A DNA stretch of 64,000 bases from Histomonas meleagridis 2922-C6/04-290x (lineage: Eukaryota > Protista > Parabasalia): positions 29,494 to 93,493 of the forward strand of contig JAANOX010000221.1 in NCBI GenBank assembly GCA_020184695.1, given 5' to 3'. Of this stretch, positions 20,541-32,309 are shown one piece after another. The notes under the pieces were generated by a model that searched no databases, had not been told where the DNA came from, and worked only from the letters and a program-made list of their open reading frames with translations. The position numbers were made by a program, and so were the translations under genes. The first letter of the stretch is position 1. Each line of letters starts with the position of its first letter.

Positions 20541-21794
20541 TCATTCGCATGGATTTAAATAGTCCAATTCCAAAATGTAATCATTTAATGCATCGATTTC
20601 ATCCTTAAAATTCTCAACGTCATCAATGAATACCATAATCTGGACAATGATTGAAGTGATTTCCTTATCATCTGTTTCCAAAAATTCTCTCAAAATAGAA
20701 AATAATTTATCACATACAAAAACAGATGTGAATGGACCTGTTTTGCTGAACAAATTACGAAGTGCAATTAATAGATTTTTCCGGATTTGGAAAACATCTG
20801 ATTCCATATGTTGGAGAATTGCTAAATATAATCCACTATCAGAGATATTTTGGATGATGACATTCTGTGAATCACAAATGTTTGAAATTGAAATCGAAAT
20901 ATCTATTCTTTCCTCACATATTTCAGTTGTATTTAAAAGCATTGTATACATATTTAATGGAGTTTCATTTGCAATCTTAGCTCCATAGTTGTTACTGTAA
21001 TAACAATAACTTAATGCAGATGCAACATAAACTTTTCCTTTTGATTCAAGATATCCAAATGCATTTAACATAAGGAGATGGTAATTGTTTTCTATAAAGA
21101 TATCAATCCAAGAAGAATTCATCACAAAGTAATAACACCCACGAACACATTGTGTTAAAACTGCTTGATGAAATAATTGTGGATTTTCTAAAATACGAAT
21201 CAGATTTAAAAGAAGAGGTGATACCAAATCAATTGACATGTTTGGGAAATCAGGTCTAATACAAATTGCTGTAATCGAAGCAAAGGATATCAAACATTCT
21301 AATGACAAGTTTTCAATTGGAATTGACCGTAAAAGATCTAAACCGCCAATTTGAATAAAACGATACTTTATCGCTGAATCTTTATTGAGAACTTTATCGA
21401 GAACCGATAAACAAGAAGCAAACTCTGATTGATTATGAACAAGCTCAATAAAAAATCGAAAAAAATCATATTTTGGACCGCCAAATGACAATAAAGGTGA
21501 CTCTTTAAAAATGTTTCTAAGCGATTCTGATGAAACCATCTGAACTTTTGGATCAGGATAATTGAACAAATTATTCAATGATTTAACAATATCATAAATG
21601 TAGTTGGATATTATGTCTTGGTAAAGTCCTGATGAAACAATTGTGTTGATTTGTGTTATTGAAGAAATAATCAATTCTGGGATATTTGAATTTAAATTGG
21701 AAAGGATAGAATTAAGGTCAGCAATGCCACAATTTTTTGCATATTCATCCTCACTAAAAGATTCTCTCCGAGAAAGTGAGGTTTCATCTATCAT
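20541..21794 (-). CDS. ARM/HEAT-repeat (importin-alpha-like fold) protein
   Basis: 417-aa helical ORF with ARM-like segments (FIQIGGLDLL, ISISISNICD, LLIALRNLF). Confidence 0.65.
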   Translation of the reverse strand: MIDETSLSRRESFSEDEYAKNCGIADLNSILSNLNSNIPELIISSITQINTIVSSGLYQDIISNYIYDIVKSLNNLFNYPDPKVQMVSSESLRNIFKESPLLSFGGPKYDFFRFFIELVHNQSEFASCLSVLDKVLNKDSAIKYRFIQIGGLDLLRSIPIENLSLECLISFASITAICIRPDFPNMSIDLVSPLLLNLIRILENPQLFHQAVLTQCVRGCYYFVMNSSWIDIFIENNYHLLMLNAFGYLESKGKVYVASALSYCYYSNNYGAKIANETPLNMYTMLLNTTEICEERIDISISISNICDSQNVIIQNISDSGLYLAILQHMESDVFQIRKNLLIALRNLFSKTGPFTSVFVCDKLFSILREFLETDDKEITSIIVQIMVFIDDVENFKDEIDALNDYILELDYLNPCE

Positions 21795-22186
21795 AAAAAA
21801 GTGACTTTGTTGAACATGACCATTTATTTACTGATGATACACCAACACATTTCTTCTGTTTCATCAAAAAACCGAGTATAAAATTTTTTGAAAATCCAAT
21901 AATTTTTGATTTAAATTTTTTGATTTCTAATTTGAATTCTTAATTTTTTTTTTTCGATTAAAAATTTTTATTATTTATGACTACTGAACAGTTTTGCTTT
22001 TTCGTTGTTAGAACAATTGAATGAATATTCATCTCTAAGTATATAGCATGTTCCAGAATGGTCATTTATCGATAAATTTTCATATAAATTGTGAGTGTAA
22101 AACAAACAAAATGTTGTAAACATCGTATTTTTCAATGGAGCAAAAATTTTTTTTTCAGTGAAAAATCTGTTTGTTACAGACAGCAG

Positions 22187-25100
22187 ATGAAGGATGAGAA
22201 GAAATCCAAAGAATCCTTTTTTGCCGAAACAACACAATCAACACTCATGACATGCACCATTGAAGTTATTCAAAGTTATGTTGCAAAACACAAAATATAT
22301 AATTATATAGTTTCCATAATTTTTTTTCTATTCCTTCTGTTCAACTCATTTTCACACCTTGTGGAGTCGCTTTGGGAAAAAAACTCCAGCAATACTTCTT
22401 TAAAAATTTTTTATGAAATAATTACATATGGTGTACAAAATAATTTTGCAACACATTATGACAATGCGATTATTTTCTTTATTTCATTTTATACTTTACT
22501 TTTTATCCATCTTATTATAATGGCAGCCTGTAAAAATTCCATTAATGTCAATCTTGTCCAAGTATTCACAATTTTTTGGTATTATATTTATCCAATTATG
22601 TTTTTTCCATCAATGTCTATCCTTATTAAAAGTTATTCGTTTATAAGTACAGATGGCGTTAGTATCAAAAATGAAATTTGTATTATATATCAAATCTTTT
22701 TCTTTATTTTACTTACCATAGTTAATCCTGTTGTCAACCAAACCCCACAAGACATCATTCATCCATATTTTACGATGTCATATTATCACTCATTAATATC
22801 AATATCATATTTTATTTTATTTTCCAGTCTTTCAGGTAACCAATTTACAACGTCGATCGGTTTTCGGATATTTCGATGTTTTATTGATTTAATATGTATT
22901 TTTTTCCACATTTTTAATCCATTTTATTCGAGTCGCTTTTTAAATTCACTTTTTTTCTTTGTAAATCTTGAAGATTGTATCACATTAATCATCACGCAAA
23001 ACTCATTTCGAAACTATGAATATATATCTTTTCTCTTTTTTATTGCTGAGATCATTATTTCATTATTATATTATTTTTTCTTTTTTAATTTCATGTGTGG
23101 TACTACTATGCATACATTAAAGAATTTATATATTTCTGGAAAGTATAAAATTGCGAGAAGTTTTTTATTTTTAAATGGTAAACAAGAATATTCTAAATTA
23201 AAAGTTTTAGAATTAATGAAATCGATAATTAACTTAGATCCACAAAACACATCTGAACTTATAGAATATGTTTTAGAGAAGAAACTTCAGCAATTTGAAA
23301 ACATTCATATTTTACGAGTTTCATCGAAAATTTATTTAGAAAATAATTCGAACATTGATGAAGAAGAAGATGAAACTGAAGAAGATATAAATGATATTAA
23401 TCATATTTTACTTCATTTCTCTTATTCGAATCTTATTAAGATATTAAATGAGAAAAGAATTAAAATCGAAGAACTTTTAAAGAAGTTTTGGTATAATGTT
23501 TGGTTATCTAATTTAAAAGGATTTAAAATCGCATTAAAAATTGTTCATGATAAATTTTTGATTAATAATTTCTTGAATGTTTATAATGAAATTTATTTAT
23601 TATTTTCTTCTTTGTATAAATTTAACTTAAATTTAAATCTGAGTTATCAATTCGATAATGAGAAAAATGAATATATAAAGAAAAATAAAAAATTTCGTGT
23701 TATAACTTTAAGTATTTTATTGACATTTGTATTAATTCTTGTGAATTTTCGTATTGGAATGTTTTATTATACTAAAAGTTCCAATAATTTTAGTGAGGCT
23801 GATTTACAAACAATTTTCCAATTTACAAATAAACATATACTACTTCAAGCTAATTTATGGAAAAGTAATTTCAATCAAAAGCGATTTTATTTTACTAATT
23901 TCACGAATATATTTAACGAATTAATAATGAAATATGAAAAATTTGGTTATGCTGCAAAATTAATAGGGTATGAATATGAAGAACAAAATATTATAACAAT
24001 TTATAGGAATTTTCTTCATGAATATAATTTATCAATTGCAAATAATTCATTTCCAGTAAATGAATTACTTGAAGTGAATGATATGATTATACAAATTTAT
24101 GGATTTATGGCTAATAATTTTTATAATGTTGATGATTCTAATCGTTTAAATTTATGTGTAATTATTATTTTTTTATTAATAATTTTTGCAAATTTAATTG
24201 GATCTTTTATATATTATATTAAAGTAATATATAAAAACTTTAATAATCTTTTGTATAGGTTTTTGTTTTTATCCAAAAATCAATTTCATTATAAAAATGA
24301 TAAAAATCAAAAAACAAATTTTTTAAATATCTTTAATCCTAATATAAGATTTTTTTCTTCACATATAATATATTTGTTTTTATTAATAATTATTTCTATT
24401 CTTTTATTATATATTGTGCTTTCAAGTATATCTAATTCATATGAGTTTAAATATTTGATGACGAATGGCGTGAAAACTGCTTATAGTATTTATCAAGTTC
24501 GTTGTCAATTAATTTCTGCTATTTCTTGTCGAAGCTTTTTAAATAATAGTGAGAATTTTCCTTCGATTTTTAACTCATACTTAAATGATGCTAATCATTT
24601 AGATACTGAACTTGGAGGTATACCTGAAATACCTTCGACATTTTATCAAATGATTGGCGATAGTATATTTATATCACCATATTCATATTCTGATGAAATA
24701 TGGCGGAACTTAAGCACGAGTTTATTAAATGTTATCATTATTAATCGCCAAAGATCATTAGTTAGACAAACTGATTTAATCAAAGGAACAGTATTTTCAT
24801 ATTTAACATTTATTATTATCTTTATTTATTTGATTTATTTGGTATATTTCATCTTAAAATATTCGGAAACAGAATACATCGAAATAATAAATTTACTTCA
24901 AACTTATGAATTCGATGACATTAATTTTAATTATGATTTTAATTATAATTCGGATAAAATAAATCTTCAAAAATTCGAAATTGATATTAATAATGATAAA
25001 TATCATAAAATGTTCGATGATCATAATGATTTAATCGAAACTTTAATCATTAAATATAAAGATAAATTCGACGAATTTCATTACCCTGAAATAATATCAT

Positions 25101-25861
25101 TACCAAATGACCCAAATTCATCATTAGCTATCATCCCGCAATATAATAAAAATATATTTAATAAACTTTTGTTAATAACACTAAATGGAATAAAATCAAT
25201 TGATTCATATTCTAAAAGTTATGAAGAAAGTTTTTATTCCAATTTTCCTCCGTTCATACAATTAACAGATAAAATTCCGACTTTATTAACATTTAAAGAG
25301 AATATTTTACGAACTTTAATCATCAAGTTAAAAGGTTTTAATATTTTATTAAATAATAATAATGAAAATGTTCAAAATTCTTTAATTAAAGTTAGGCAAA
25401 TGATATCGAAATTTGTTGTTAACTTTTGTAATGAAAATAAATCGTTTTATTTAATGAGACAATCAATGGATGTTTTGATATTACAAATTAACCCTTATAA
25501 AGCTGATAAGAAATATTTTTCGATTTGGAAAGCATTTCATTCGATTGCTAAATTCGGTAAAAAAATAATTTCTAAAATTAATACAATTTTAAATGACTTC
25601 CGAATTAAGAACGTGTTCGTATGCGGTTCGATATTCGCTTCCAATAATTACAAATTGTACGTGCCAAATCATTACATGGCGAAAACTGATTTCGTGTCCG
25701 ACTTCTTGTTCATCGCTGAGGAATGTCTCGATGAGTGCCCGAATAATGTGATAACTTGCGTCGCAAGTACTGAGTTCGCAAGAGTACAATCGTCAATGAT
25801 ATTTTACAAAGAGATACAACTCAAAAATCAAGCGAAATATAGAATCGCAATTATTGTATAA
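22187..25861 (+). CDS. Large multi-pass membrane protein, possibly a degenerate transmembrane nucleotide cyclase
   Basis: An N-terminal block of hydrophobic helices, further TM pairs separated by extracellular-like loops, and a soluble C-terminal domain. The layout resembles trichomonad TM cyclases but no intact catalytic motif was seen. The frame opens at 22091; the likely ATG is 22187. Confidence 0.6.
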   Translation: MKDEKKSKESFFAETTQSTLMTCTIEVIQSYVAKHKIYNYIVSIIFFLFLLFNSFSHLVESLWEKNSSNTSLKIFYEIITYGVQNNFATHYDNAIIFFISFYTLLFIHLIIMAACKNSINVNLVQVFTIFWYYIYPIMFFPSMSILIKSYSFISTDGVSIKNEICIIYQIFFFILLTIVNPVVNQTPQDIIHPYFTMSYYHSLISISYFILFSSLSGNQFTTSIGFRIFRCFIDLICIFFHIFNPFYSSRFLNSLFFFVNLEDCITLIITQNSFRNYEYISFLFFIAEIIISLLYYFFFFNFMCGTTMHTLKNLYISGKYKIARSFLFLNGKQEYSKLKVLELMKSIINLDPQNTSELIEYVLEKKLQQFENIHILRVSSKIYLENNSNIDEEEDETEEDINDINHILLHFSYSNLIKILNEKRIKIEELLKKFWYNVWLSNLKGFKIALKIVHDKFLINNFLNVYNEIYLLFSSLYKFNLNLNLSYQFDNEKNEYIKKNKKFRVITLSILLTFVLILVNFRIGMFYYTKSSNNFSEADLQTIFQFTNKHILLQANLWKSNFNQKRFYFTNFTNIFNELIMKYEKFGYAAKLIGYEYEEQNIITIYRNFLHEYNLSIANNSFPVNELLEVNDMIIQIYGFMANNFYNVDDSNRLNLCVIIIFLLIIFANLIGSFIYYIKVIYKNFNNLLYRFLFLSKNQFHYKNDKNQKTNFLNIFNPNIRFFSSHIIYLFLLIIISILLLYIVLSSISNSYEFKYLMTNGVKTAYSIYQVRCQLISAISCRSFLNNSENFPSIFNSYLNDANHLDTELGGIPEIPSTFYQMIGDSIFISPYSYSDEIWRNLSTSLLNVIIINRQRSLVRQTDLIKGTVFSYLTFIIIFIYLIYLVYFILKYSETEYIEIINLLQTYEFDDINFNYDFNYNSDKINLQKFEIDINNDKYHKMFDDHNDLIETLIIKYKDKFDEFHYPEIISLPNDPNSSLAIIPQYNKNIFNKLLLITLNGIKSIDSYSKSYEESFYSNFPPFIQLTDKIPTLLTFKENILRTLIIKLKGFNILLNNNNENVQNSLIKVRQMISKFVVNFCNENKSFYLMRQSMDVLILQINPYKADKKYFSIWKAFHSIAKFGKKIISKINTILNDFRIKNVFVCGSIFASNNYKLYVPNHYMAKTDFVSDFLFIAEECLDECPNNVITCVASTEFARVQSSMIFYKEIQLKNQAKYRIAIIV

Positions 25862-26151
25862 AAAAAATATTGTTATAAAATATACGGTAACTAAAAATTT
25901 TATGTTTGTTAAATTTTTGTGTTGAATTAAATCAAGTAAATATTATTAATGTTGTAATTTTGTACATTAATGAAATTTGAGTATAAAATGAATTAAAATC
26001 GTAGTGAGAATTGCGAACTTTCTATTTTGGCATCTTGATAGAATGTTCGATTTCAAACGATAGGTATAAATAGATGAGAAATCATCGTATTCGTATTGAA
26101 AAATTTTAAACGGCCATGAATTAAAAAAAGTACGTTTAGATTTACGCTAGA

Positions 26152-29100
26152 ATGAGTGCAGAGTCATCAAGCGTAAAATCTCTTCAAAATAAAATTAATG
26201 AACTTGATGAAATCAACTCGATAAATGACGTTTCTTCAAATAATATTAGCGATTTTTTAAATGATTTATCTAATTTATCAATTGATCAAAACGATTCACA
26301 TTCTTTTCATATTGAAAGTGATGACCATATTACTGATTTTCTTAATGAAAATGATGATAAAAATGCAGCATCAAGCACAATACTTTCTGATGATTTCTCT
26401 TTAAATTCAAATATTTTACAAAATTCTTCACATAATTCAATCATAGATTCACACGAAACAGAAGCTTCAATATTTCTTACTGCATTTAATGCCAAATATC
26501 GTAAAAATGCTATCCAATTATTTGATGTATTTGATTTTATTGACTCATTAATTGAATCAAAGAATGTTACAGAAACAGTAAAAAAAGAAAAGAAATCAAT
26601 GGGAATTGATTACAATGAAAAAATTATAAAATATCAAACAGAAAATGATAAACTTCAAACACAACTTGAAGAATCACATAATAAAATAAACACATTAGAA
26701 CATCAAATAACAACATTAAAAACAACAATTAGCGCACTTGATAATCAAAACAAATCTCTGCAAACAGATTTTAATACATTACAAAATTCTCTTGTTAATA
26801 TGACAGAAATATTGGAATCACAAATGAATGATATCAAAACATTAAGTGAACAAAGATCACAACTTATTGAAACAATAAAGAAACAAGATTGCATAATAGA
26901 AAAATATGATAATCTTTATAAAGAAAAATTAATAAATCAAGAAAAAAATAAAGAAAACAAAAAAGATATTAATGTTAAAAAACAATATGATATAAATGAT
27001 GAATTATATTCATTGATTTCAAAAATAATTCATGAAATTGACCAAATAAAAGATGATTCACTTCGAACTGAAATTAATAAAATTACAAACGATTCAAATC
27101 TTCAAATTAAAGAAAGAATTATTTCTATTTTTAATAACATTAAAACAAAATATGAAACATTATTTGAAGCAAATAACAATATTATTAATGAAATAAATAT
27201 AAAAGATAAAAATATTCAAAATTATAAACAGAAATGTATTGAAATTTTATCTCTGTTTGAAGAAGAATTAAGTTTTCTTCAAAAATTAACACATAGTACT
27301 GATCTTCAATCTGTTTTATTTTGTGCAACAACTTCAAATGAGATACCTTTACTTGATGAACATTCAAAAACAGAATTAATCAAAAGATGCGCACAATTAG
27401 GAAGTTTTATTGAGCAGACAATAGGTCAAATTTCAAAAGAGAATTTCGAAGAACAATTTCCTGATAATGTAGATAAATCGAATATTTTTGAAATGATTCA
27501 ATCAACACAAATTGAAGAAAGAGTTCAAAATTTATTCGAAAAATTTGATATTGAAAATGATATTAATTTAAGAGAATTATTTGATATGTTTTGTGCACAA
27601 GTTTATGTCAATGATTTACTTAAGAATTACATAACAGAATTAAATATGAGAATTGCACATTGTGGAAATGAAATAAATCTTCTTCGTCAAAGGAAAGATA
27701 ATAATGTTATTATTAATGATGAAGAAAAACAAATTCCTAATAAAACAATTTCAAGATTAATTAAACATATGAAACATGTTGATTCAAAAATTCGACGTTT
27801 TGTTGCACATTATATTGAAGTTAATGATGATGAATCAACGTATAAAATTGTTGTTGATTTATTTAACCTTATGTCAGAAGAACTTCAAAAGAATTCATCA
27901 GCATTTCAAGAAACAGAAAAAATGCAAAATGAAATTAGAAGATTAAAAAAGGCACTTAATAAGTCAAAGAAAAAAATTATTGATTCTGCTGATAATAATG
28001 AATTAGAAAATAAATTAAATGAAACAACAAAAGAATTAGAAATGAAAATAAAAGAATTTGAAAATCTTCAAAAGCAAATTGAACAAATGAATAATGAAAT
28101 TATAAATTATAAAAAACAAATTGAAGAAAGTGAAAACAAGAATAAAGAATATCAAGAAAGTCTTAATAATTCTACAGAACAAATTAACTCATTAAATAAA
28201 CAAATTAATAATTTTGAAACTGCTTTTGAGTCCGTAAAGATACAAAGAAAACAACTTGGTGATCAAATAGAAAAACTTCAAATTGCAAATCAAAAACTTA
28301 ATGAATCAATACAACAATCAAATCAACAAATTCGTGAAGATTATGAAAAGAAAATAAATGAAATAATGGAGAAGATGGAAAAAATCAAAAATGAAAATGA
28401 AAATTATTCACAACAAAATCAAATATTAAATTCTAAAAATCAACAACTTTTATCCGAAATGTCAACTTTAAATATTACGAATAAATCAATTGAATTAAAG
28501 ATGAGAACACTCGAAGAAAGAATTAATTTAGAAAAGAAACATTTACAATCTAAAGCAACAGCTCAAGCAACAGTAATTCAAGCTGAACAATCACAACAAA
28601 TAAATGAATTAAAATCAAAAATTGGAGAAATTATTAAAAGATTATCCAAATATTTCGATGAAAAACAAACAATTAATATTGATTCAATAATTAATGCAAT
28701 CGAAGAAGAACTTAAAAATTCTAAAACATCAAAAGAAAATTATATTGAAATGCTTGAAGATGTTACAAATGCAAAGAAATTACTTGGAATTTCGCCATCA
28801 TCAAAAACGAAAATAGCTGAAGTAATAAATGAAATATTAAACAAAAAAGAAAATAAACAAAAATTAGAAGGAGAAAACTTAAAAAGAATTCAACAAGAAC
28901 ATAAAGAATATGATCGAATAAAACGCGAATTGAAAAAAACTGAATCACAAATCATCGCATTAAAACAATGGGAAAATTGGGCAAGAAGAATTCATAGAGT
29001 AATTAATGAAACTGATTCTTTACAATTAGAATCAAATGCATTACGTTTATCACTTGAAGAAGCACTTCTTGCATCAGTTTCTCATAGAGTATTATTCTTT

Positions 29101-29403
29101 AAGACAGATTTGTTAAGAGCTCAAAAAATTATGTTTATGAAATTTGATAAAAGATTATTAATGTGTAAGCAAACACAAAAAAATAATGTCAGAGCTGTTA
29201 TAGCTGTATGCTTGTTCGCAAGAAGACTTCAGACTATAGCAGGGTGTTTGCCAATTAATATTCATCCACCTGAACCAATAATTAGAACAAATCAAACAAT
29301 AAGAAATGAAAAGGAATCAAAAAGAAGTTTATTTACACCAGCAAAACATTCGCAAATAACAGGAAAGAAGTTACTTCATCCATTGATACCATTTAATTCA
29401 TGA
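26152..29403 (+). CDS. Long coiled-coil protein (1083 aa), function unknown
   Basis: E/K/Q/N-rich heptad pattern over most of the length, with a conserved-looking C-terminal segment (QWENWARRIH...LEEALL). Confidence 0.8.
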   Translation: MSAESSSVKSLQNKINELDEINSINDVSSNNISDFLNDLSNLSIDQNDSHSFHIESDDHITDFLNENDDKNAASSTILSDDFSLNSNILQNSSHNSIIDSHETEASIFLTAFNAKYRKNAIQLFDVFDFIDSLIESKNVTETVKKEKKSMGIDYNEKIIKYQTENDKLQTQLEESHNKINTLEHQITTLKTTISALDNQNKSLQTDFNTLQNSLVNMTEILESQMNDIKTLSEQRSQLIETIKKQDCIIEKYDNLYKEKLINQEKNKENKKDINVKKQYDINDELYSLISKIIHEIDQIKDDSLRTEINKITNDSNLQIKERIISIFNNIKTKYETLFEANNNIINEINIKDKNIQNYKQKCIEILSLFEEELSFLQKLTHSTDLQSVLFCATTSNEIPLLDEHSKTELIKRCAQLGSFIEQTIGQISKENFEEQFPDNVDKSNIFEMIQSTQIEERVQNLFEKFDIENDINLRELFDMFCAQVYVNDLLKNYITELNMRIAHCGNEINLLRQRKDNNVIINDEEKQIPNKTISRLIKHMKHVDSKIRRFVAHYIEVNDDESTYKIVVDLFNLMSEELQKNSSAFQETEKMQNEIRRLKKALNKSKKKIIDSADNNELENKLNETTKELEMKIKEFENLQKQIEQMNNEIINYKKQIEESENKNKEYQESLNNSTEQINSLNKQINNFETAFESVKIQRKQLGDQIEKLQIANQKLNESIQQSNQQIREDYEKKINEIMEKMEKIKNENENYSQQNQILNSKNQQLLSEMSTLNITNKSIELKMRTLEERINLEKKHLQSKATAQATVIQAEQSQQINELKSKIGEIIKRLSKYFDEKQTINIDSIINAIEEELKNSKTSKENYIEMLEDVTNAKKLLGISPSSKTKIAEVINEILNKKENKQKLEGENLKRIQQEHKEYDRIKRELKKTESQIIALKQWENWARRIHRVINETDSLQLESNALRLSLEEALLASVSHRVLFFKTDLLRAQKIMFMKFDKRLLMCKQTQKNNVRAVIAVCLFARRLQTIAGCLPINIHPPEPIIRTNQTIRNEKESKRSLFTPAKHSQITGKKLLHPLIPFNS

Positions 29404-29601
29404 TGTTTTTAAAACTTTGTTTGTCTTGAATTTTTATTACAATTTTATTACAAAACATAAAGAGTTGAGAATAACAATTCTAAATGGTTTAAATCATTAT
29501 CAATATTTTTGAAAAACCGTAGAAATTGAATTTATCGGCAATACAAAAAAATCCGATTAAATCGATTTCAAAAAACATCCCCATTCAAAAATTAAAAAAA
29601 A

Positions 29602-29674
29602 TGGGACTCCGCGGACTCGAACCACGTACCTCACGATCTTCAGTCGTGTGCTCTCCCAGGTGAGCTAGAGTCCC
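29602..29674 (-). tRNA. tRNA-Phe (GAA), intronless
   Basis: GGGACTC/GAGTCCC acceptor stem, GCTC/GAGC D-stem, CACGA-CTGAAGA-TCGTG anticodon arm, CGTGG-TTCGAGT-CCGCG T-arm; 73 nt. Confidence 0.96.
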
Positions 29675-29755
29675 TTATTGAGGAAAACTATTTCCAAATA
29701 CCAAAAATATAAAATCCAAACAAAGATTGTCAAAAATAGGTTTGATAGGCCAGTA

Positions 29756-31900
29756 ATGGGAGTTCCAGCTTTTTTTAGGTGGCTCCAACGAAATTATCCT
29801 TTGATCATATCAAAATGTATTGAAGCCGAAATTGATAATGAAAACCAATTATCAGATCAAAATCCAAATACATTAGGAGATACTGAATTTGATTGTTTAT
29901 ATTTGGATGTAAATGGCATAATTCATCCATGTTTTCATGCCGATTCACCTGTGTCACCACCCAAAACAGAAGAAGAAATTTTTCACTCAATTGATAATTA
30001 TATTAAACGTCTTTTCAACATTGTAAGACCACGAAAACTCCTTTTTATGGCAATTGATGGACCAGCTCCACGTGCAAAAATGAATCAACAAAGAGCCAGA
30101 AGATTTCGCTCAGCTAAAGATTCTGTTTATCACCATCTTCTTGATATAAGTACCTATAAGAAAGAAAAGGACTCCGAAGCTCTTTCAATTCTTAGGGATC
30201 CAGAATATTTACAAAAGCGAGATACAAATGTCATCACGCCCGGAACTGAATTTATGTATCATTTAGGCCAACACCTTATTGCATTTATTGAAACTCAACA
30301 AAAAACAGTTCCAGCATGGCATGACATAAAAATTATATTATCAGATTCATCAGTTCCAGGAGAAGGTGAGCACAAAATTATGGACTTTATACGCTCTCAG
30401 CGCCTTCAGAGCTGCTATGATCCCAATCGTCATCATTGTATCTATGGTCTTGATGCAGATTTAATATTTTTAGGCCTAATTACTCATGAATTGTATTTTA
30501 CTGTTATCCGTGAAAACGTATTAGAAAACGTTGATGGGTTCCAATTTGTCAATCTATGGGTTTTACGCCAATTTCTTGAGCGCGATTTGAAACCGTCGAG
30601 TCGTGTCACTTTTGAGTGGAATTTTGAACGAGCGCTTGAAGACTTTGTCTTCTTATGTTTCACAGCAGGGAATGATTTTATTCCTAATATTCCAGGCCTT
30701 AACATTGCTGCGCAAATCATTAACACTATCATGGTTGAATATTCGCAGACGTTACCAAAACTTGGCGGATATATCATTGAGGATAATGTTCCAAACTACA
30801 AACGATTTGTCCAAGTTATCAAAGGGTTAACCAAATTTGAAAAAAGAGAACTTGAGAACATATTACATCCAAACGAAACAGCATTAGCATGTCAATGTCA
30901 TGTTAATGAGATCTGTAACACTGAAAATCTTTCGTTAAAATCGATGACGTATCCAACGATGACCTCCAAACAAACGAAAGTATCACCGCATCCAAATGAC
31001 ATTACACCAATCACTAATGAAATGAAGCAACAATATTACGTCAAAAAGTTTGGCGAAAATGTTAATCCAAATGATGTCGCAATCGAATACTTCAAAGGTA
31101 TGTGTTGGGTCTTTAAGTATTATACACATGGAGTGCCTTCTTGGGATTGGTATTATCCTTATCATTACCCGCCGCTTCTCTCCCAATTCTTAAGTGTCGA
31201 TAATGTTATTGTCGAGCCTTTTGTCCTGAATAAGCCTTTGTTACCTTTGGAGCAATTAATGGCCGTGCTCCCGCCTCAGTCAACACATTGCATACCGAAG
31301 AAAATGGCCGAGTTAATGGTCAACGATTCTTCGCCTTTAATATGTTATTACCCGAAAAAGTTCACTGTGGACTTAAACGGTGGAGTAACAACTTGGAAAG
31401 GTATCGTTAATGTGCCTTTCATTGATACGAACCTTTTGTTGGATACTTTGAATGGTATTGACCTCGAATTGACACAAGAAGAAAAAAAAAGAAATTGTTT
31501 CGGTTGTAACAAAGTTTTTTTGTGTGAGGAATTAAAGGATAATATGTTGTGCGGCCCCGAAATTTGGGGAAATGTTAAATATATATGTGGAAATATGTAT
31601 GAGTTCGAATTTAGTTTGGTCGGCGAGTCGCAGGATTTGTGTTTTCTGTTACTGAATCTGAAGGCGCCGCCGAATGTGATAAATGAGCCATTCGATCTCT
31701 TTGAAAGAATGAGGAGAAATAGAAACCAAAAAAATCAAAAGTTAAAAGCTAAGATACCAACGGTGGAAGAAAAGTTTAATTTGGCGATTCCGGGTGTGCC
31801 GCAGGCTGCAACAAATGACTACAGAATTAACCGTGTGAGAACTAATAAGCCAAATGTACAGGCGGCAAAGAAAAAGCAAACATCCTCCTTCTTGTTTTAA
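29756..31900 (+). CDS. XRN: 5'-3' exoribonuclease, XRN1/XRN2 family
   Basis: MGVPAFFRWL, YLDVNGIIHPC, AIDGPAPRAKMNQQRARRF, PGEGEHKIMDFIR, YGLDADLIFLGL, GNDFIP, SWDWYYPYHYPP. Confidence 0.96.
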   Translation: MGVPAFFRWLQRNYPLIISKCIEAEIDNENQLSDQNPNTLGDTEFDCLYLDVNGIIHPCFHADSPVSPPKTEEEIFHSIDNYIKRLFNIVRPRKLLFMAIDGPAPRAKMNQQRARRFRSAKDSVYHHLLDISTYKKEKDSEALSILRDPEYLQKRDTNVITPGTEFMYHLGQHLIAFIETQQKTVPAWHDIKIILSDSSVPGEGEHKIMDFIRSQRLQSCYDPNRHHCIYGLDADLIFLGLITHELYFTVIRENVLENVDGFQFVNLWVLRQFLERDLKPSSRVTFEWNFERALEDFVFLCFTAGNDFIPNIPGLNIAAQIINTIMVEYSQTLPKLGGYIIEDNVPNYKRFVQVIKGLTKFEKRELENILHPNETALACQCHVNEICNTENLSLKSMTYPTMTSKQTKVSPHPNDITPITNEMKQQYYVKKFGENVNPNDVAIEYFKGMCWVFKYYTHGVPSWDWYYPYHYPPLLSQFLSVDNVIVEPFVLNKPLLPLEQLMAVLPPQSTHCIPKKMAELMVNDSSPLICYYPKKFTVDLNGGVTTWKGIVNVPFIDTNLLLDTLNGIDLELTQEEKKRNCFGCNKVFLCEELKDNMLCGPEIWGNVKYICGNMYEFEFSLVGESQDLCFLLLNLKAPPNVINEPFDLFERMRRNRNQKNQKLKAKIPTVEEKFNLAIPGVPQAATNDYRINRVRTNKPNVQAAKKKQTSSFLF

Positions 31901-32309
31901 TAAAGTTTATATAAAGCCACATTTTTTTTGTATGTCAAATAATGTGGTTGTTTTGAAACGATTTTGTACGCAGAAATTTTGTTTGAAGTTATTTCCGGAT
32001 CTAAGCTCCTTCTAAGTAATTTATATGGAAAAAAAAATTATATAATCCTTTATTATCTTTAACATCATTGTCTTCGTCTTGAAAATATTTTTTGCCGATG
32101 AACTTTTGCATTTCAATTCATTATAACACCAATTCTGATAAAATTGATATTGTGCATTATTTTTATATTTTCTATAATGATTATAACATGTCATACCAAT
32201 ATTTAAGGAATGATGAAAGATATGGCATTTTATTTTTGGCGGTTAGAGCTCGAACCACTTGTAGAATAAAAACTGCCAGATAAAGTATACAAAAGGATCC
32301 GACCAGCAA

